A DNA stretch of 64,000 bases from a virus. Numbering within the stretch: position 1 is the stretch's first letter; each line of letters opens with the position of its first letter. The notes beneath the pieces were generated by a model. That model made no database searches and had not been told where the DNA came from. It saw nothing but the letters and a program-made list of their open reading frames with translations. The stretch lies in IMG/VR virus record IMGVR_UViG_3300045988_175656; one strand, given 5' to 3'. Shown here one piece after another: positions 35,900-45,819 of this stretch. The translations under genes and the position numbers were made by a program.

Positions 35900-36543
35900 T
35901 AAAATTAGAAAACATTATTAAAAATGGTTTACCTTGGATTAAGGTAACTGATTCGCTTCCAGAAGAAGGTGCTCGTGTGTTGGTTCATCTATTCTATTAT
36001 TACAAATATGCTGACAGAGAAGCTGAAACACGTTCACTCATAGATATTCTTACTTATAAAAATGGTACATGGACAAACGACCAAGATGAAGTGTATCTTG
36101 GACAAAAAGTATCAAAAGATGATATTTTAATCACCCATTGGTTGCCACTTTTGAAGCCAAAGACTAATGATGAAGTAGAAATAGAAGAAGCTGATGATGT
36201 GGAAAAACTAATGAGAGTTTTCTCTATTGAAAATGTTGAACGTAATATAAGAACCCATACTAGGGGTGGGATATATATCACATTTAATAGTAGTGATAAC
36301 ATTAAAAAAAATGATTTATTTGAAATAAAACTTTATGATAAGTATTATTATTTTGAAGCTGAATCAATCAAAGTCATTGGGAAATTGTTAGAAGTACAAG
36401 CTACTGAAACTGGATATTGGGCAAATAAGCTATCAAATTTAAAACAAGATATTGACTTGCGAGATGTTATTGATGTTGAAGTTTTCCCAATAAAAGATGA
36501 AAGAAAAATAGCGCAAATTAGAGATGCTGCATGTTGGTGTTAA
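35896..36543 (+). CDS. DUF551-like N-terminal domain protein
   Basis: LPWIKVTDSLPEEGARVLV...ITHWLPL matches the DUF551 pattern common in phages. Confidence 0.5.
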   Translation: MIKLENIIKNGLPWIKVTDSLPEEGARVLVHLFYYYKYADREAETRSLIDILTYKNGTWTNDQDEVYLGQKVSKDDILITHWLPLLKPKTNDEVEIEEADDVEKLMRVFSIENVERNIRTHTRGGIYITFNSSDNIKKNDLFEIKLYDKYYYFEAESIKVIGKLLEVQATETGYWANKLSNLKQDIDLRDVIDVEVFPIKDERKIAQIRDAACWC

Positions 36544-36571
36544 ATAAATTTTAATAAAAATATATAATAAA

Positions 36572-37186
36572 ATGAGTAGATTTAAAATTGGCGATAAAGT
36601 AGCCATCAATCAAGACACAATAGATATTAGAGGAACAATCAAGGCAATTGTTCCTGGTTCATATAATGATGAAACTGGAGAGTATGTGAAAGATACTTAT
36701 TTGGTTGAAGATAAAGCGACTGAACAAACAGTTGAATGTACTAAAGACCAATTGGTATTAATTAATCGCCCTTCTCCAAAAACCGAGCTTGAAAATAAGA
36801 ACAAGAGTAAAAATGAAACAATGTTTTATACAAAATATAACAATATTGTAGTTGTTGGTATAAGAACAGAAGAAAAGGAAATTGCATCTAAGGAAATGAA
36901 AACATCAGTAAAATTTAAAGGAAGAACAATTCCTGGTATTTTTACTGCAAAATATACGAAACCATTAAGACGTTTTGTTATTGGTTATTCAATTTGCCAT
37001 TCTGATGACGAATTTGATATGAATATAGGTGTGGAAGTTGCTAAAGAAAGAGCATTGCATAAACCAGCTGGTGAATTAAGAAGTAATAATTGGACTATGT
37101 TACAAGATGACCAATGTGAAATGCTTGTTAAGTGTGAAGCCGAATATATTTTTAATAATATTAAAAAATATATTAATAGAAAATAA
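36572..37186 (+). CDS. hypothetical protein
   Basis: Track ORF. Confidence 0.65.
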   Translation: MSRFKIGDKVAINQDTIDIRGTIKAIVPGSYNDETGEYVKDTYLVEDKATEQTVECTKDQLVLINRPSPKTELENKNKSKNETMFYTKYNNIVVVGIRTEEKEIASKEMKTSVKFKGRTIPGIFTAKYTKPLRRFVIGYSICHSDDEFDMNIGVEVAKERALHKPAGELRSNNWTMLQDDQCEMLVKCEAEYIFNNIKKYINRK

Positions 37187-37211
37187 AATATAATAAATTG
37201 TTATTTTTTCA

Positions 37212-37239
37212 TTTAGTTTACTAATAATTAGTAAACTAA
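37212..37239 (+). promoter_or_regulatory. MASTF-leader palindrome, copy 3
   Basis: TTTAGTTTACTAATAATTAGTAAACTAA, preceded by TTGTTATTTTTT. ATG at 37247. Confidence 0.85.
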
Positions 37240-37246
37240 TGAGAAA

Positions 37247-38170
37247 ATGGCTAGTACATTTACAATTAAACAAGAAGGATATGATGACCCATACACATAT
37301 AGACTTGGTATGGTTGGTAATGGAGTAAGATTATGTATTGCTCCTAAAAAGGAAGGTGGAAGTCAATTATTCAGAAAAGAAGATGAAAATATATGGACTT
37401 CCATTTCATATGATAATAATGGAAAATATATTGCTTGTGGTAGAACACCAAGTGGTACAGGGTGTATAAGTATTTCATCTGATAAATGTGAAACGTGGTC
37501 AGAGACAAAAATTTTAGGTGATATATGGGCTGGAGTTGCATGTGGAAATGGTAAATATGTTGTTGTTGGCAGAAACGGATATGTTGGCATGTCAACAGAT
37601 GGTGAAAATTGGGACATATCTCAAATTGATAATGATTTAAGTTGTTCAAGTATTGCTTATGGTAATAATATGTTTATTATTGTTGGTAATACCATATCAA
37701 CTCCAACTGCTCCTAAATCTTATGTATTAAAAAATGGTAGTGATGAATGGGTTGAACTTAAATATAGTTCAACAAGTTTTACTATTGAATCAATTACTTA
37801 TAGTGATTATTCAAACAGATTTGTTAGTGTTGGAAGTAGTTTAGCACTATCAACAAGAGATGCTGATTATTGGGATATTGAAAGAGTTGCAGATGGTGCT
37901 GATTTATATGCAGTTGCATATGTAAATAGAGAAATTGCAGTAGGTAATCATGAAGAAATTTATTATAATGGTGCAAATGGATGGAAATTAGTTCCATATG
38001 ATTCACCTGGTAATATTATATGGCTAAGTGTTGCTTATATTCCTGGAATGAAAGCTCATATAGCTGTTGGTACTTCAGGGTATTCAGTTGCATTTACAGA
38101 TAGTAATAATAGAACTGCAAAAACAAGGTTTTGGACTAAAGATTTATTATGTGTTATTAATGTTGTTTAA
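37247..38170 (+). CDS. MASTF-family protein 3 with beta-propeller-like repeats
   Basis: N-terminus MASTFTIKQEGYD. Six repeats each end in hydrophobic-x-V/A-G (GKYIACG, GKYVVVG, NMFIIVG, NRFVSVG, REIAVG, AHIAVG). Confidence 0.75.
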   Translation: MASTFTIKQEGYDDPYTYRLGMVGNGVRLCIAPKKEGGSQLFRKEDENIWTSISYDNNGKYIACGRTPSGTGCISISSDKCETWSETKILGDIWAGVACGNGKYVVVGRNGYVGMSTDGENWDISQIDNDLSCSSIAYGNNMFIIVGNTISTPTAPKSYVLKNGSDEWVELKYSSTSFTIESITYSDYSNRFVSVGSSLALSTRDADYWDIERVADGADLYAVAYVNREIAVGNHEEIYYNGANGWKLVPYDSPGNIIWLSVAYIPGMKAHIAVGTSGYSVAFTDSNNRTAKTRFWTKDLLCVINVV

Positions 38171-38173
38171 TTT

Positions 38174-38201
38174 AAAGCCCTATAATTATAGGGCTTTTTT
38201 T
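38174..38201. terminator. bidirectional terminator between convergent genes
   Basis: AAAGCCCTATAATTATAGGGCTTTTTTT, a GC-cored hairpin flanked by A- and T-runs. Confidence 0.8.
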
Positions 38202-38202
38202 A

Positions 38203-38661
38203 TTATCCTGATACATCATAAGTAAAACCATTATTTGAACTATCAATTATGACTTTAGTTTCATCATTCGATTTTAATTTAATTTCAAATACTTTTGCTG
38301 CTCCACTTGGTTTAGGGTCAATACATGAAATTACTCCATTTGGAAAATTTTCTGAACTACTATCATCCAAATAACAATATTCTGGGTTGTTGGTATTAGG
38401 ATTTATATATAACATATAAGAATCATCACCTGTGTTCTTATAATAATACTTTAATAAATTAAAATTATCCAATATTTCAATATCAACATATTGAAACCAG
38501 TTAAATGTAGGTGAATTACCACTATTTGTTTTTGCCTTTATTGGCAATTCATATATTCCACATTCCCACCATGAAGCATTTAGATATGATGATGATGAAT
38601 CAATATATGCAGTAACTAATTCTTCTTTTCCTTGTTGTATAATTGTAAAAGTGCTAGCCAT
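38203..38661 (-). CDS. MASTF-family protein 4
   Basis: N-terminus MASTFTIIQQGKE. Confidence 0.75.
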   Translation of the reverse strand: MASTFTIIQQGKEELVTAYIDSSSSYLNASWWECGIYELPIKAKTNSGNSPTFNWFQYVDIEILDNFNLLKYYYKNTGDDSYMLYINPNTNNPEYCYLDDSSSENFPNGVISCIDPKPSGAAKVFEIKLKSNDETKVIIDSSNNGFTYDVSG

Positions 38662-38668
38662 GTTTTGT

Positions 38669-38693
38669 TAGTTTACTAATTATTAGTAAACTA
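38669..38693 (-). promoter_or_regulatory. MASTF-leader palindrome, copy 4
   Basis: In gene orientation it reads TAGTTTACTAATAATTAGTAAACTA, preceded by TTGTTATTTTTTT. Confidence 0.85.
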
Positions 38694-38748
38694 TTTAAAA
38701 AAATAACAATTTTTAATATTTTTTATTCATACATTTCAATAAAAAGTT

Positions 38749-38756
38749 GTATATTT
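38749..38756 (+). promoter_or_regulatory. -7 box TATATTTG
   Basis: GTTGTATATTTGCAGT, upstream of the 38841 gene. Confidence 0.45.
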
Positions 38757-38840
38757 GCAGTGTAATCATAATTTTTGCATATAATCACATGTTATGATAA
38801 TATGCATTATATATGATTATTAATTGATAATTAATGACTT

Positions 38841-39458
38841 ATGACAAAAAAACAAGATACTGAATATAAATATTGGTGTAAATTCCAAGAAGAAAATTGT
38901 AACTACTGTTGGGGAAGTGTATTTAATTCTATTCCACAAGAGTTTAAAAACAAATACAATGCAGTATGTTATATTGAGGATATTGATAAAGCAGTTGGAG
39001 TTGGGGTATTTTTAAGAACTTTAGGTTATAAAATACAAAATATGCATCATCCTAGAATATTTTATGATGTGTGTTCTTTGAATCATACATTGTATGTTGA
39101 TGAATTTGGTATATCTTATAATGGGGCAGACAGAGAAAACCCATTAGAATTTATTACTAAATGGGTTTCTGATAGAAACAAAGAACGTGCTGAAGGAAAA
39201 GAATTTCATTATCAAAATGAATTTATTGATTGTGGTGATAATGTGGATTTGTTGAAAGTAGTGGCGAGTTTAACAGATACTAATGATTTAAATCAACCAT
39301 TCATTAGAACATTGCCAAATGGAGAAGAAGATTGGTATATAAACACACAATGGAAACATTTTGAAACTGACTGTAATGTTGAATGGGCAAAAAAAGCTTG
39401 TAGAAAAGCAACATTAGATGAAATAATAAATCATTTTAAAAATAATGGAAAATATTAA
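38841..39458 (+). CDS. hypothetical protein
   Basis: Track ORF sharing a CG.(D/N)VDL block with the 17849 ORF. Confidence 0.65.
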   Translation: MTKKQDTEYKYWCKFQEENCNYCWGSVFNSIPQEFKNKYNAVCYIEDIDKAVGVGVFLRTLGYKIQNMHHPRIFYDVCSLNHTLYVDEFGISYNGADRENPLEFITKWVSDRNKERAEGKEFHYQNEFIDCGDNVDLLKVVASLTDTNDLNQPFIRTLPNGEEDWYINTQWKHFETDCNVEWAKKACRKATLDEIINHFKNNGKY

Positions 39459-39720
39459 AATAGAGGATAGGGAAGTTTATTTGGTATTGAGACCAAATGA
39501 TTTGATAGAAAAATTATCTATCAACCAATGGAATGATTTTATTACAAGGTATGAAAATGATAAACTTTCATTAGTTACCCCATATGATGAAAAATATGAC
39601 GGATGGTTTTTTGTTACAACAACATTAAAAAACATAATTGAAAATCATTCATTATACGATTTAAGATTTCTTTATGAATATAGAACTGAACATCATTTAT
39701 CTTTTGAAGATAAAAAATAA
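39445..39720 (+). CDS. hypothetical protein
   Basis: Track ORF. Confidence 0.55.
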   Translation: MENIKIEDREVYLVLRPNDLIEKLSINQWNDFITRYENDKLSLVTPYDEKYDGWFFVTTTLKNIIENHSLYDLRFLYEYRTEHHLSFEDKK

Positions 39721-39731
39721 ATTAATATAAT

Positions 39732-41033
39732 ATGAAAGAATATACATTTGATGAAATAAGAAAAGAAGGGTTGTTAATATATGAATATATTCGTGGTTCT
39801 CATGCTTATGGTTTACAAAAACCTGATGGTACCAGTGATGTTGATACAGCAGGTGTTTATCTTGAACCAATTGAACAAGTTTTAGGGCTTGGATTGGATT
39901 TTCAAGAACAAATTGAAGATGAAAAACATGATAATGTTTGGTTTTCATTAAGAAAATTCATGGAAATGCTTCTTTCTTCAAATCCAACAGTACTCGAATC
40001 TTTATTCATTCCTGAAGATAAAATTTTGTACGAACACCCTATAATGACAGAAATTAAAAAATATAGAAACGCCTTTGTGACAAAGGCATGTTTTAAACCA
40101 TTTATGGGTTATGCTAAAACACAAATTATAAAAGCTCGTGGTCTCAATAAGAAAATAGTAAATCCAGTCAAAGAACGTTTAGAACCTCTTGATTTTGCTT
40201 ATACTTTTTACAATCAAGGAAGTACTAAGATTAAAAATTGGCTTGAATATAGGGGTTTAAAACAGCAATATTGTGGACTTGTACATATACCTAATATGCA
40301 TGATACATATGGTGTATATTATGATTGGGGTAATCATTTTAATGATAATGGTATAACTGTTGAACAATTATGGAATGACTATGTTAATATGGAGAAAGAT
40401 AATCAATTATCTCATATGTGTGAATGTATTGTTGAAACATACCATATAGTTGGTCATGCTGAACTTGAAAATTGGTTTGAAGAACAAAAGCCAATTGGTT
40501 ATAAAGGTATGGTTGGTGAAGATGGACTTTCAAATGAATTAAGATTATCTTCAGTTTCTAAGGGTGAAATGCCAATATGTCATTTGACTTATAACAAAGA
40601 TGGCTATACTAAACATTGTAAGGATTATAAAGCTTATAAGGATTGGGAGAAGAATAGAAATCCTGAAAGATATAAAGAAAACAAGGAAAAGGATTTTGAC
40701 AGAAAAAATATGTCACATAGTGTAAGATTAATGCATATGGGACTTGAAATAGCAAAAACTGGACAAGTTAATGTTGATAGAACAAATATTGACAGAGATT
40801 TCATTCTTGATATTCGTCTTGGCAATTCAACTTATGATGAATTGATTAATTATCTTGATTCAAAAAAGGAAGAAATGGAAAATGCGATGGCAAAATCTAC
40901 TCTACCAGAAAATATTGATGTTGAATTTGTAAATAATCTTTTATTGAAAGTTAGAAAAAAACAATATAAATATTTCATATGGAATAGATTAAAAGCTAAA
41001 TATTTCATATGGAATAGAACAAAAACTATATAA
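39732..41033 (+). CDS. RlaP-type (RNA ligase-associated) Pol-beta-fold nucleotidyltransferase
   Basis: IRGSHAYGLQKPDGTSDVDTAGVY at the N-terminus. The length and architecture fit the PF10127-type family. Confidence 0.6.
   Translation: MKEYTFDEIRKEGLLIYEYIRGSHAYGLQKPDGTSDVDTAGVYLEPIEQVLGLGLDFQEQIEDEKHDNVWFSLRKFMEMLLSSNPTVLESLFIPEDKILYEHPIMTEIKKYRNAFVTKACFKPFMGYAKTQIIKARGLNKKIVNPVKERLEPLDFAYTFYNQGSTKIKNWLEYRGLKQQYCGLVHIPNMHDTYGVYYDWGNHFNDNGITVEQLWNDYVNMEKDNQLSHMCECIVETYHIVGHAELENWFEEQKPIGYKGMVGEDGLSNELRLSSVSKGEMPICHLTYNKDGYTKHCKDYKAYKDWEKNRNPERYKENKEKDFDRKNMSHSVRLMHMGLEIAKTGQVNVDRTNIDRDFILDIRLGNSTYDELINYLDSKKEEMENAMAKSTLPENIDVEFVNNLLLKVRKKQYKYFIWNRLKAKYFIWNRTKTI
40967..41018 (+). repeat. 22-bp perfect direct repeat, period 30
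   Basis: TAAATATTTCATATGGAATAGA at 40967-40988 and 40997-41018, encoding KYFIWNR twice at the extreme C-terminus of the RlaP-like gene. Confidence 0.85.
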
Positions 41034-41036
41034 ATA

Positions 41037-41070
41037 AAATGGGGAAGTAAGCCAATACTTCCCCATTCTT
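41037..41070. terminator. bidirectional terminator
   Basis: GGGGAAGTA at 41041-41049 pairs with TACTTCCCC at 41056-41064, between convergent genes. Confidence 0.75.
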
Positions 41071-41081
41071 AATTTATTATT

Positions 41082-41534
41082 TTAAAGAATTGGATGTTCA
41101 ATTGTTAAACCAGCATTAACAGTTATTCCATCAACAATTATTGTAAATGTACAATAATCATCATAATTACCTTCTGCTTTATCTTTATCATATATACACT
41201 GTAAATCAGCAATTGCCATTTGATTATTATGAGTAGTCACACAGTTTTTCCAATAATTAAAATTAACATCAGTAGTAGATTGATATGGACTTAAATTAAC
41301 TTCTAAATGTCCATAATACGAACTACCACTCATATTAACAGCTAAATTAGTAGTTACTCTATCTCCTGCAATATCTGATATTGTAACATCAAGATAATCA
41401 CCATTCATATATTGTTCTGTATTTGATGGTGGTGTTCCCCCAGGTGTAAAAACCATACCATTTGCAGTTAATCTAATACTAAAAGTTATGGTTCTTAAAT
41501 TTCCATCTTGATTAATTCTAAAAGTACTCGCCAT
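41082..41534 (-). CDS. MASTF-family protein 5
   Basis: N-terminus MASTFRINQDGNL. Confidence 0.75.
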   Translation of the reverse strand: MASTFRINQDGNLRTITFSIRLTANGMVFTPGGTPPSNTEQYMNGDYLDVTISDIAGDRVTTNLAVNMSGSSYYGHLEVNLSPYQSTTDVNFNYWKNCVTTHNNQMAIADLQCIYDKDKAEGNYDDYCTFTIIVDGITVNAGLTIEHPIL

Positions 41535-41541
41535 TGTCTTG

Positions 41542-41570
41542 TTTAGTTTACTAATTATTAGTAAACTAAA
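41542..41570 (-). promoter_or_regulatory. MASTF-leader palindrome, copy 5
   Basis: Full 29-nt palindrome, preceded in gene orientation by TTGTTATTTTTT. Confidence 0.85.
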
Positions 41571-41588
41571 TGAAAAAATAACAATTTT

Positions 41589-41891
41589 TTAGTCAGGATA
41601 TTGATAAATTCCATCAGTTGTTGGAGTACAATGACACCACCAGTCTCCTGTTGTTCTAAATCCCCATATATTTGTCTGCCCTTTTTGTACAATTACTGTT
41701 TTAGAAATATGTCTTCCAGGGTTATCACAATCAATATACATTATTAATACACTTATGTCAACATTTGTTGGATGCTCAAATCTTAAATCATATTGATTAC
41801 AATTACTTCCTTCATCACCTTCTTTTTTTGGTAATATATTATTCATTGGTAATGATTTACCTACTTGGTTAATTATGAATGTGCTTGCCAT
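41589..41891 (-). CDS. MASTF-family protein 6
   Basis: N-terminus MASTFIINQVGKS. Confidence 0.7.
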   Translation of the reverse strand: MASTFIINQVGKSLPMNNILPKKEGDEGSNCNQYDLRFEHPTNVDISVLIMYIDCDNPGRHISKTVIVQKGQTNIWGFRTTGDWWCHCTPTTDGIYQYPD

Positions 41892-41897
41892 GTTTTG

Positions 41898-41926
41898 TTT
41901 AGTTTACTAATTATTAGTAAACTAAA
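41898..41926 (-). promoter_or_regulatory. MASTF-leader palindrome, copy 6
   Basis: Full 29-nt palindrome, 6 nt from the start codon. Confidence 0.85.
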
Positions 41927-42028
41927 CAAAAAAATTCATCTCCTATTTGCTTAAAATGAAACAACTTACAAAGTAATTTTCATTAATAACAAATTATGAA
42001 CAAATATTTATAGTAAAATTATAAAGAG

Positions 42029-44434
42029 ATGACAGAATTTGATTTAAATAATCCTTTTAATGATGCTTCAAAGGATGGTATGTTACCTGATGGTTGTGGT
42101 ATTTTTGAAAGATATTATACAAGTGGACAAGAAGTAGATTTTTGTGGTCTTTCTCCAAATCCAGATGATTATGAAACACCACAAACATTATATGAAAAAA
42201 TATTGGAGTTAGTAAAAAGAATAATTGTAGCTGTTGATTTAAACACTAATGGAACATATAAACCATCTGATTTCGATATTTATCCATTAATTGCAAATGC
42301 AACATCAGTTAAAGATGCTGTTGAAAGATTGTCAAAATATATTGAAGATTTACAACAGAAAAAATTTGATAAACTTAATTTAAAATTAAAATATGAAAAT
42401 GGTAATGTTTCATTAGTTTTTAATGGTGAAGCTTATACTACTATTAATATACCTGAAGAACAATTTCTTGATAGTGAAGAAACTAAATTCATTTCGGCTG
42501 CTACTATTGATGATTATATGAATGACTCTTCTGTAATTGTTGGAAAACCTTATTTGAAACTAAGTTTCAAAACAATTGATGCAAGTGGTAAACCTTCTAT
42601 TACATATACATACATTCCAATGACTTATTTATTTAATGTTTATGGTGTGGAAGATACCAATTCAATTGATATGCATATGGTTGCTTCAGGAGATACAAAT
42701 GTATTTTCAGGTGATTTAAGAATAAATGATGTTAGTAGTAATGCGTTAAAAGTAGATGCTTTGGGAGCATATGTTGAAGATTTAAATCCTATTATTGAAG
42801 CTGAACAAATTCGTGCTGAAGCTGCTGAAAAAACATTGACAGATGATTTGGCTAAAGAAGTAACTCGTGCAACCAATATGGAATATAACATTATTAATAT
42901 GGTTAGTAATGAAACTGATAGAGCCATAGAAGCTGAAAAGAAACTACAAGACCAAATTACAACTGAAGTTAATCGTGCGTCAAATACTGAACAACAATTA
43001 TATGACAGAATACAAGCTGAACAAACTCGTGCTGTTAGAGTGGAAGGTGATTTACGTGATGATTTAAATTTTGAAATTCAACGTTCAACTAACAAAGATA
43101 TACAATTAGAAAATGCAATTAAGGCTGAACAAACTCGTGCTGAAGCTGCTGAAAAAACATTGACAGATGAAATTGTAGCGGAAACTAATAGAGCTAAAAA
43201 TGAAGAAACAAGAATTGAAAAAGACTTAAATGACAAAATCATAAATAATTCAGATGCTCTTGCTGCTGAAGTAACTCGTGCTAAAAGTGAAGAAACGAGA
43301 ATTGAAACCAAGTTTGATACTTTAGTTTCTGCTAATACCACAGCAATTGAAACTGAAGTAACTCGTGCAACTAATGCTGAAGCTGCACTGAATAAGAAAA
43401 TTGAGGACGAAACAACTCGTGCAAAAGCTGCCGAAAAAGTTAATGCTGATGCAATTGTAACAGAAACGACAAGAGCAACTAATAGAGAGAATGAATTAGA
43501 TGCTGATATTAAAAATAGAATAAAATCTATAACTGGAAGTAATGGTATTAATGCAACAACAGATATTAATAAAAATGTAACTCTTTCAGGAAAAGTTAAA
43601 TCAGGTGATAAAATATTATCAGTTGATAGTAATGGTTTTTCATCTACATTAGGAATGTCAATAAGTGGTAAAACCATTAGTTTGACAGGTATTGGCAATT
43701 CTGAAATATCTAAAATTACTGTTCCTGGTGATGATTTAACATTTGCTGGCAGTAATGGCATAACAGTTGTTAAAAGTGGTGATACAGTTACCTCAACTAT
43801 TATTGTAGACCCTAATTCGTCAAATCAATTAACAAAAAGTAGTACAGGATTGATGGTAAATCCTGAAAACATTACATTAGTTGATTCAACAGGTGGAACT
43901 AAAATATTAACCACAACAGCTAATTTAGTTATTGTTAATGTAACCTCACAATTAAACTATATTGGTATATCAAATAGTAAACAAGATAAAATAACATTTT
44001 TTAATAATAGTGCATTAGAAGTATTGTTTTCATTTAATAATTCTTCAGCAGGAACTAATAAATTTGTTAAAGATTATATAATAACTTCATTAGCTTTACC
44101 AAGTAAAGGCTCAATTGATTTTGTTAAAAGAAATGATGGATGGCACGTATCTTCATTATTTGGTTTATCTTACTTTCCAGATTTGAGTGATTCTTCACGT
44201 AGTGATGATTATGCATTAATTGTTAAAAAAGATGGAACTGCAACTATTGAAGAAATTGTTGATATGAAAGCTTGGGATGAATCTATATTGTCTGATTTAA
44301 GTGCTGTACAATTAGAAAATATGTTTCCTAATGCTCATGCAGGTTTTCAATTAGTATGTTATTCAAATAATTGTATATATGAAAAAGCTAACGAGTTAGG
44401 TGGATGGTTAAAAATAAATTGTGTAAAATTATAA
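42029..44434 (+). CDS. tail fibre-like protein with long coiled-coil repeat region
   Basis: 801 aa. The centre holds more than 15 repeats of the type E(V/T)xRAxxxExxL (EQIRAEAAEKTL, EVTRATNME, EVNRASNTE, EQTRAVRVE, ETNRAKNEE, EVTRAKSEE, ETTRAKAAE, ...). The C-terminus is beta-rich. Confidence 0.6.
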   Translation: MTEFDLNNPFNDASKDGMLPDGCGIFERYYTSGQEVDFCGLSPNPDDYETPQTLYEKILELVKRIIVAVDLNTNGTYKPSDFDIYPLIANATSVKDAVERLSKYIEDLQQKKFDKLNLKLKYENGNVSLVFNGEAYTTINIPEEQFLDSEETKFISAATIDDYMNDSSVIVGKPYLKLSFKTIDASGKPSITYTYIPMTYLFNVYGVEDTNSIDMHMVASGDTNVFSGDLRINDVSSNALKVDALGAYVEDLNPIIEAEQIRAEAAEKTLTDDLAKEVTRATNMEYNIINMVSNETDRAIEAEKKLQDQITTEVNRASNTEQQLYDRIQAEQTRAVRVEGDLRDDLNFEIQRSTNKDIQLENAIKAEQTRAEAAEKTLTDEIVAETNRAKNEETRIEKDLNDKIINNSDALAAEVTRAKSEETRIETKFDTLVSANTTAIETEVTRATNAEAALNKKIEDETTRAKAAEKVNADAIVTETTRATNRENELDADIKNRIKSITGSNGINATTDINKNVTLSGKVKSGDKILSVDSNGFSSTLGMSISGKTISLTGIGNSEISKITVPGDDLTFAGSNGITVVKSGDTVTSTIIVDPNSSNQLTKSSTGLMVNPENITLVDSTGGTKILTTTANLVIVNVTSQLNYIGISNSKQDKITFFNNSALEVLFSFNNSSAGTNKFVKDYIITSLALPSKGSIDFVKRNDGWHVSSLFGLSYFPDLSDSSRSDDYALIVKKDGTATIEEIVDMKAWDESILSDLSAVQLENMFPNAHAGFQLVCYSNNCIYEKANELGGWLKINCVKL
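42800..43170 (+). repeat. 47-nt near-identical direct repeat pair inside the fibre gene
   Basis: GCTGAACAAA(T/C)TCGTGCTGAAGCTGCTGAAAAAACATTGACAGATGA at 42800-42846 and 43124-43170, with one mismatch. Confidence 0.85.
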
Positions 44435-44437
44435 CAA

Positions 44438-45817
44438 ATGGATAAATATGGAAACTATATAAAAAGAATTCCAAGCCCTGATGCAAATAGAACAACAATT
44501 TTTACAACATTTAATTATGCATTCCAAAATTATTATTCAAATGATTTCAATTATATTCCAAATCCAGTTATAAATTCAGATTATAATTGTTACATACGAT
44601 TTGATTCAGAAACGCCTGGTGAAGTAGTTGTTGATTGGGGGGATGGAAACATTGAAACATTCAAAATGAGAAAATATGGCACAAATGCATATATTGCTGC
44701 TTGGAGAACACTTAATGTTGATTATAGGAAAAACCCATCAGCAACAGGTGGTGGATGGAGCTTAGGTATTGACCAAGACACAGGAGAGTATATAAGACCC
44801 TATCCAAATCACCATTATGCTGATGATGATATAAATGGTGAAAGAGTTATTAGGATGACATTTACTTGTGATATTATAAGAGCATATTTTAACACAACTG
44901 TACATCATAATTTCCCAATATTAGAAATGACTAATCTAAAACAATTACTATTAACGGATAATAAATACATTAATGAAATACCATATAGTAGAATTACTAA
45001 GTTAAAAAACTTAACTTATCTTAATTTTAATAGATTAGGTGGTACATTACAATATATTCCTGATTCAATTTTTGATATGACAGGTTTAACATCATTGACA
45101 TTAGCTGGAGTTGTTAATCTCTCTAATTTAGATTCATCTAATATTAGAAAAATATCTAATTTAAAAAAATTAACAACATTAGATTTAAACACAACACAAA
45201 TACCACAATATATCAAAGAGTTTAACGATTTGCCAAACTTGGTATCTTTAAACATTGCGCCTAATGTTAATTCAGATACACAACCAAGATTTGATGAAGT
45301 TACTCAAATAAATCAAAAATTAACAAACCTTAATTATATGGGGTCTAATTGGATAGCAGGTAGAGTCAGAACTAATTGGGCTGATTGGATAAGCGGAAAA
45401 GGAATTGGGAATATACAAACACTTTATGCTGATTATGCTCCAAAATTGACTTGGAATTTGCCAGAATATATAAGAAACGAAATGCGTTCTTTATCTACAA
45501 TTAATCTAATTAATGATACACCAACACAAGATAGAGCAGATACTTTTGTTAATAATTTTTATAATTATGTTACAGGATGGACACAAATTACTATGTCATC
45601 AATAGCAAAAGATGGTAAAAGAAACCAATTATATGGATTATATGTTAATTTATATAGCGCATCTGAGCCACAAAACAATACAAGACCATCAGGTGTGGAA
45701 CAAGCCCCATCTGGTTTTGTAAAAGGCTCTAATAATGGCAACCCAACAACTCCAATGGAAAAAATATATGTGTTAAAAAATAACTATGCACAAGCATGGA
45801 ATGTTAAACCAGCATAA
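44438..45817 (+). CDS. leucine-rich-repeat protein, tandem paralog 1 (putative receptor-binding/adhesin)
   Basis: N-terminal VDWGDGNIETF module, central LxxLxLxxN-type repeats (LKNLTYLNFN, LTSLTLAG, LKKLTTLDLN, LPNLVSLNI), and a conserved C-terminus APSGFVKGSNNGNPTTPMEKIYVLKNNYAQAWNVKPA. Confidence 0.7.
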   Translation: MDKYGNYIKRIPSPDANRTTIFTTFNYAFQNYYSNDFNYIPNPVINSDYNCYIRFDSETPGEVVVDWGDGNIETFKMRKYGTNAYIAAWRTLNVDYRKNPSATGGGWSLGIDQDTGEYIRPYPNHHYADDDINGERVIRMTFTCDIIRAYFNTTVHHNFPILEMTNLKQLLLTDNKYINEIPYSRITKLKNLTYLNFNRLGGTLQYIPDSIFDMTGLTSLTLAGVVNLSNLDSSNIRKISNLKKLTTLDLNTTQIPQYIKEFNDLPNLVSLNIAPNVNSDTQPRFDEVTQINQKLTNLNYMGSNWIAGRVRTNWADWISGKGIGNIQTLYADYAPKLTWNLPEYIRNEMRSLSTINLINDTPTQDRADTFVNNFYNYVTGWTQITMSSIAKDGKRNQLYGLYVNLYSASEPQNNTRPSGVEQAPSGFVKGSNNGNPTTPMEKIYVLKNNYAQAWNVKPA

Positions 45818-45819
45818 AA

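Noticed and set aside
37363-38006. Minus-strand ORFs 37363-37617, 37371-37649 and 37824-38006 inside the propeller MASTF gene
   Set aside because: They are mutually overlapping and His/Tyr/Leu-rich nonsense. The sense ORF has clear repeat structure and a leader.
37212-41926. Invertible-segment (shufflon/Cin-Gin-like) switch between inverted MASTF leaders
   Set aside because: Each gene carries its own complete leader and start, so inversion would not swap coding cassettes. No invertase/recombinase gene is visible nearby.
43078-43761. 227-aa minus-strand ORF (and 42640-42927) antisense to the tail-fibre gene
   Set aside because: It is produced by the repetitive GAA/GCT/ACT-rich coiled-coil codons of the sense gene. 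The antisense translation is low-complexity (S/L/V/A runs) and has no start context or promoter.
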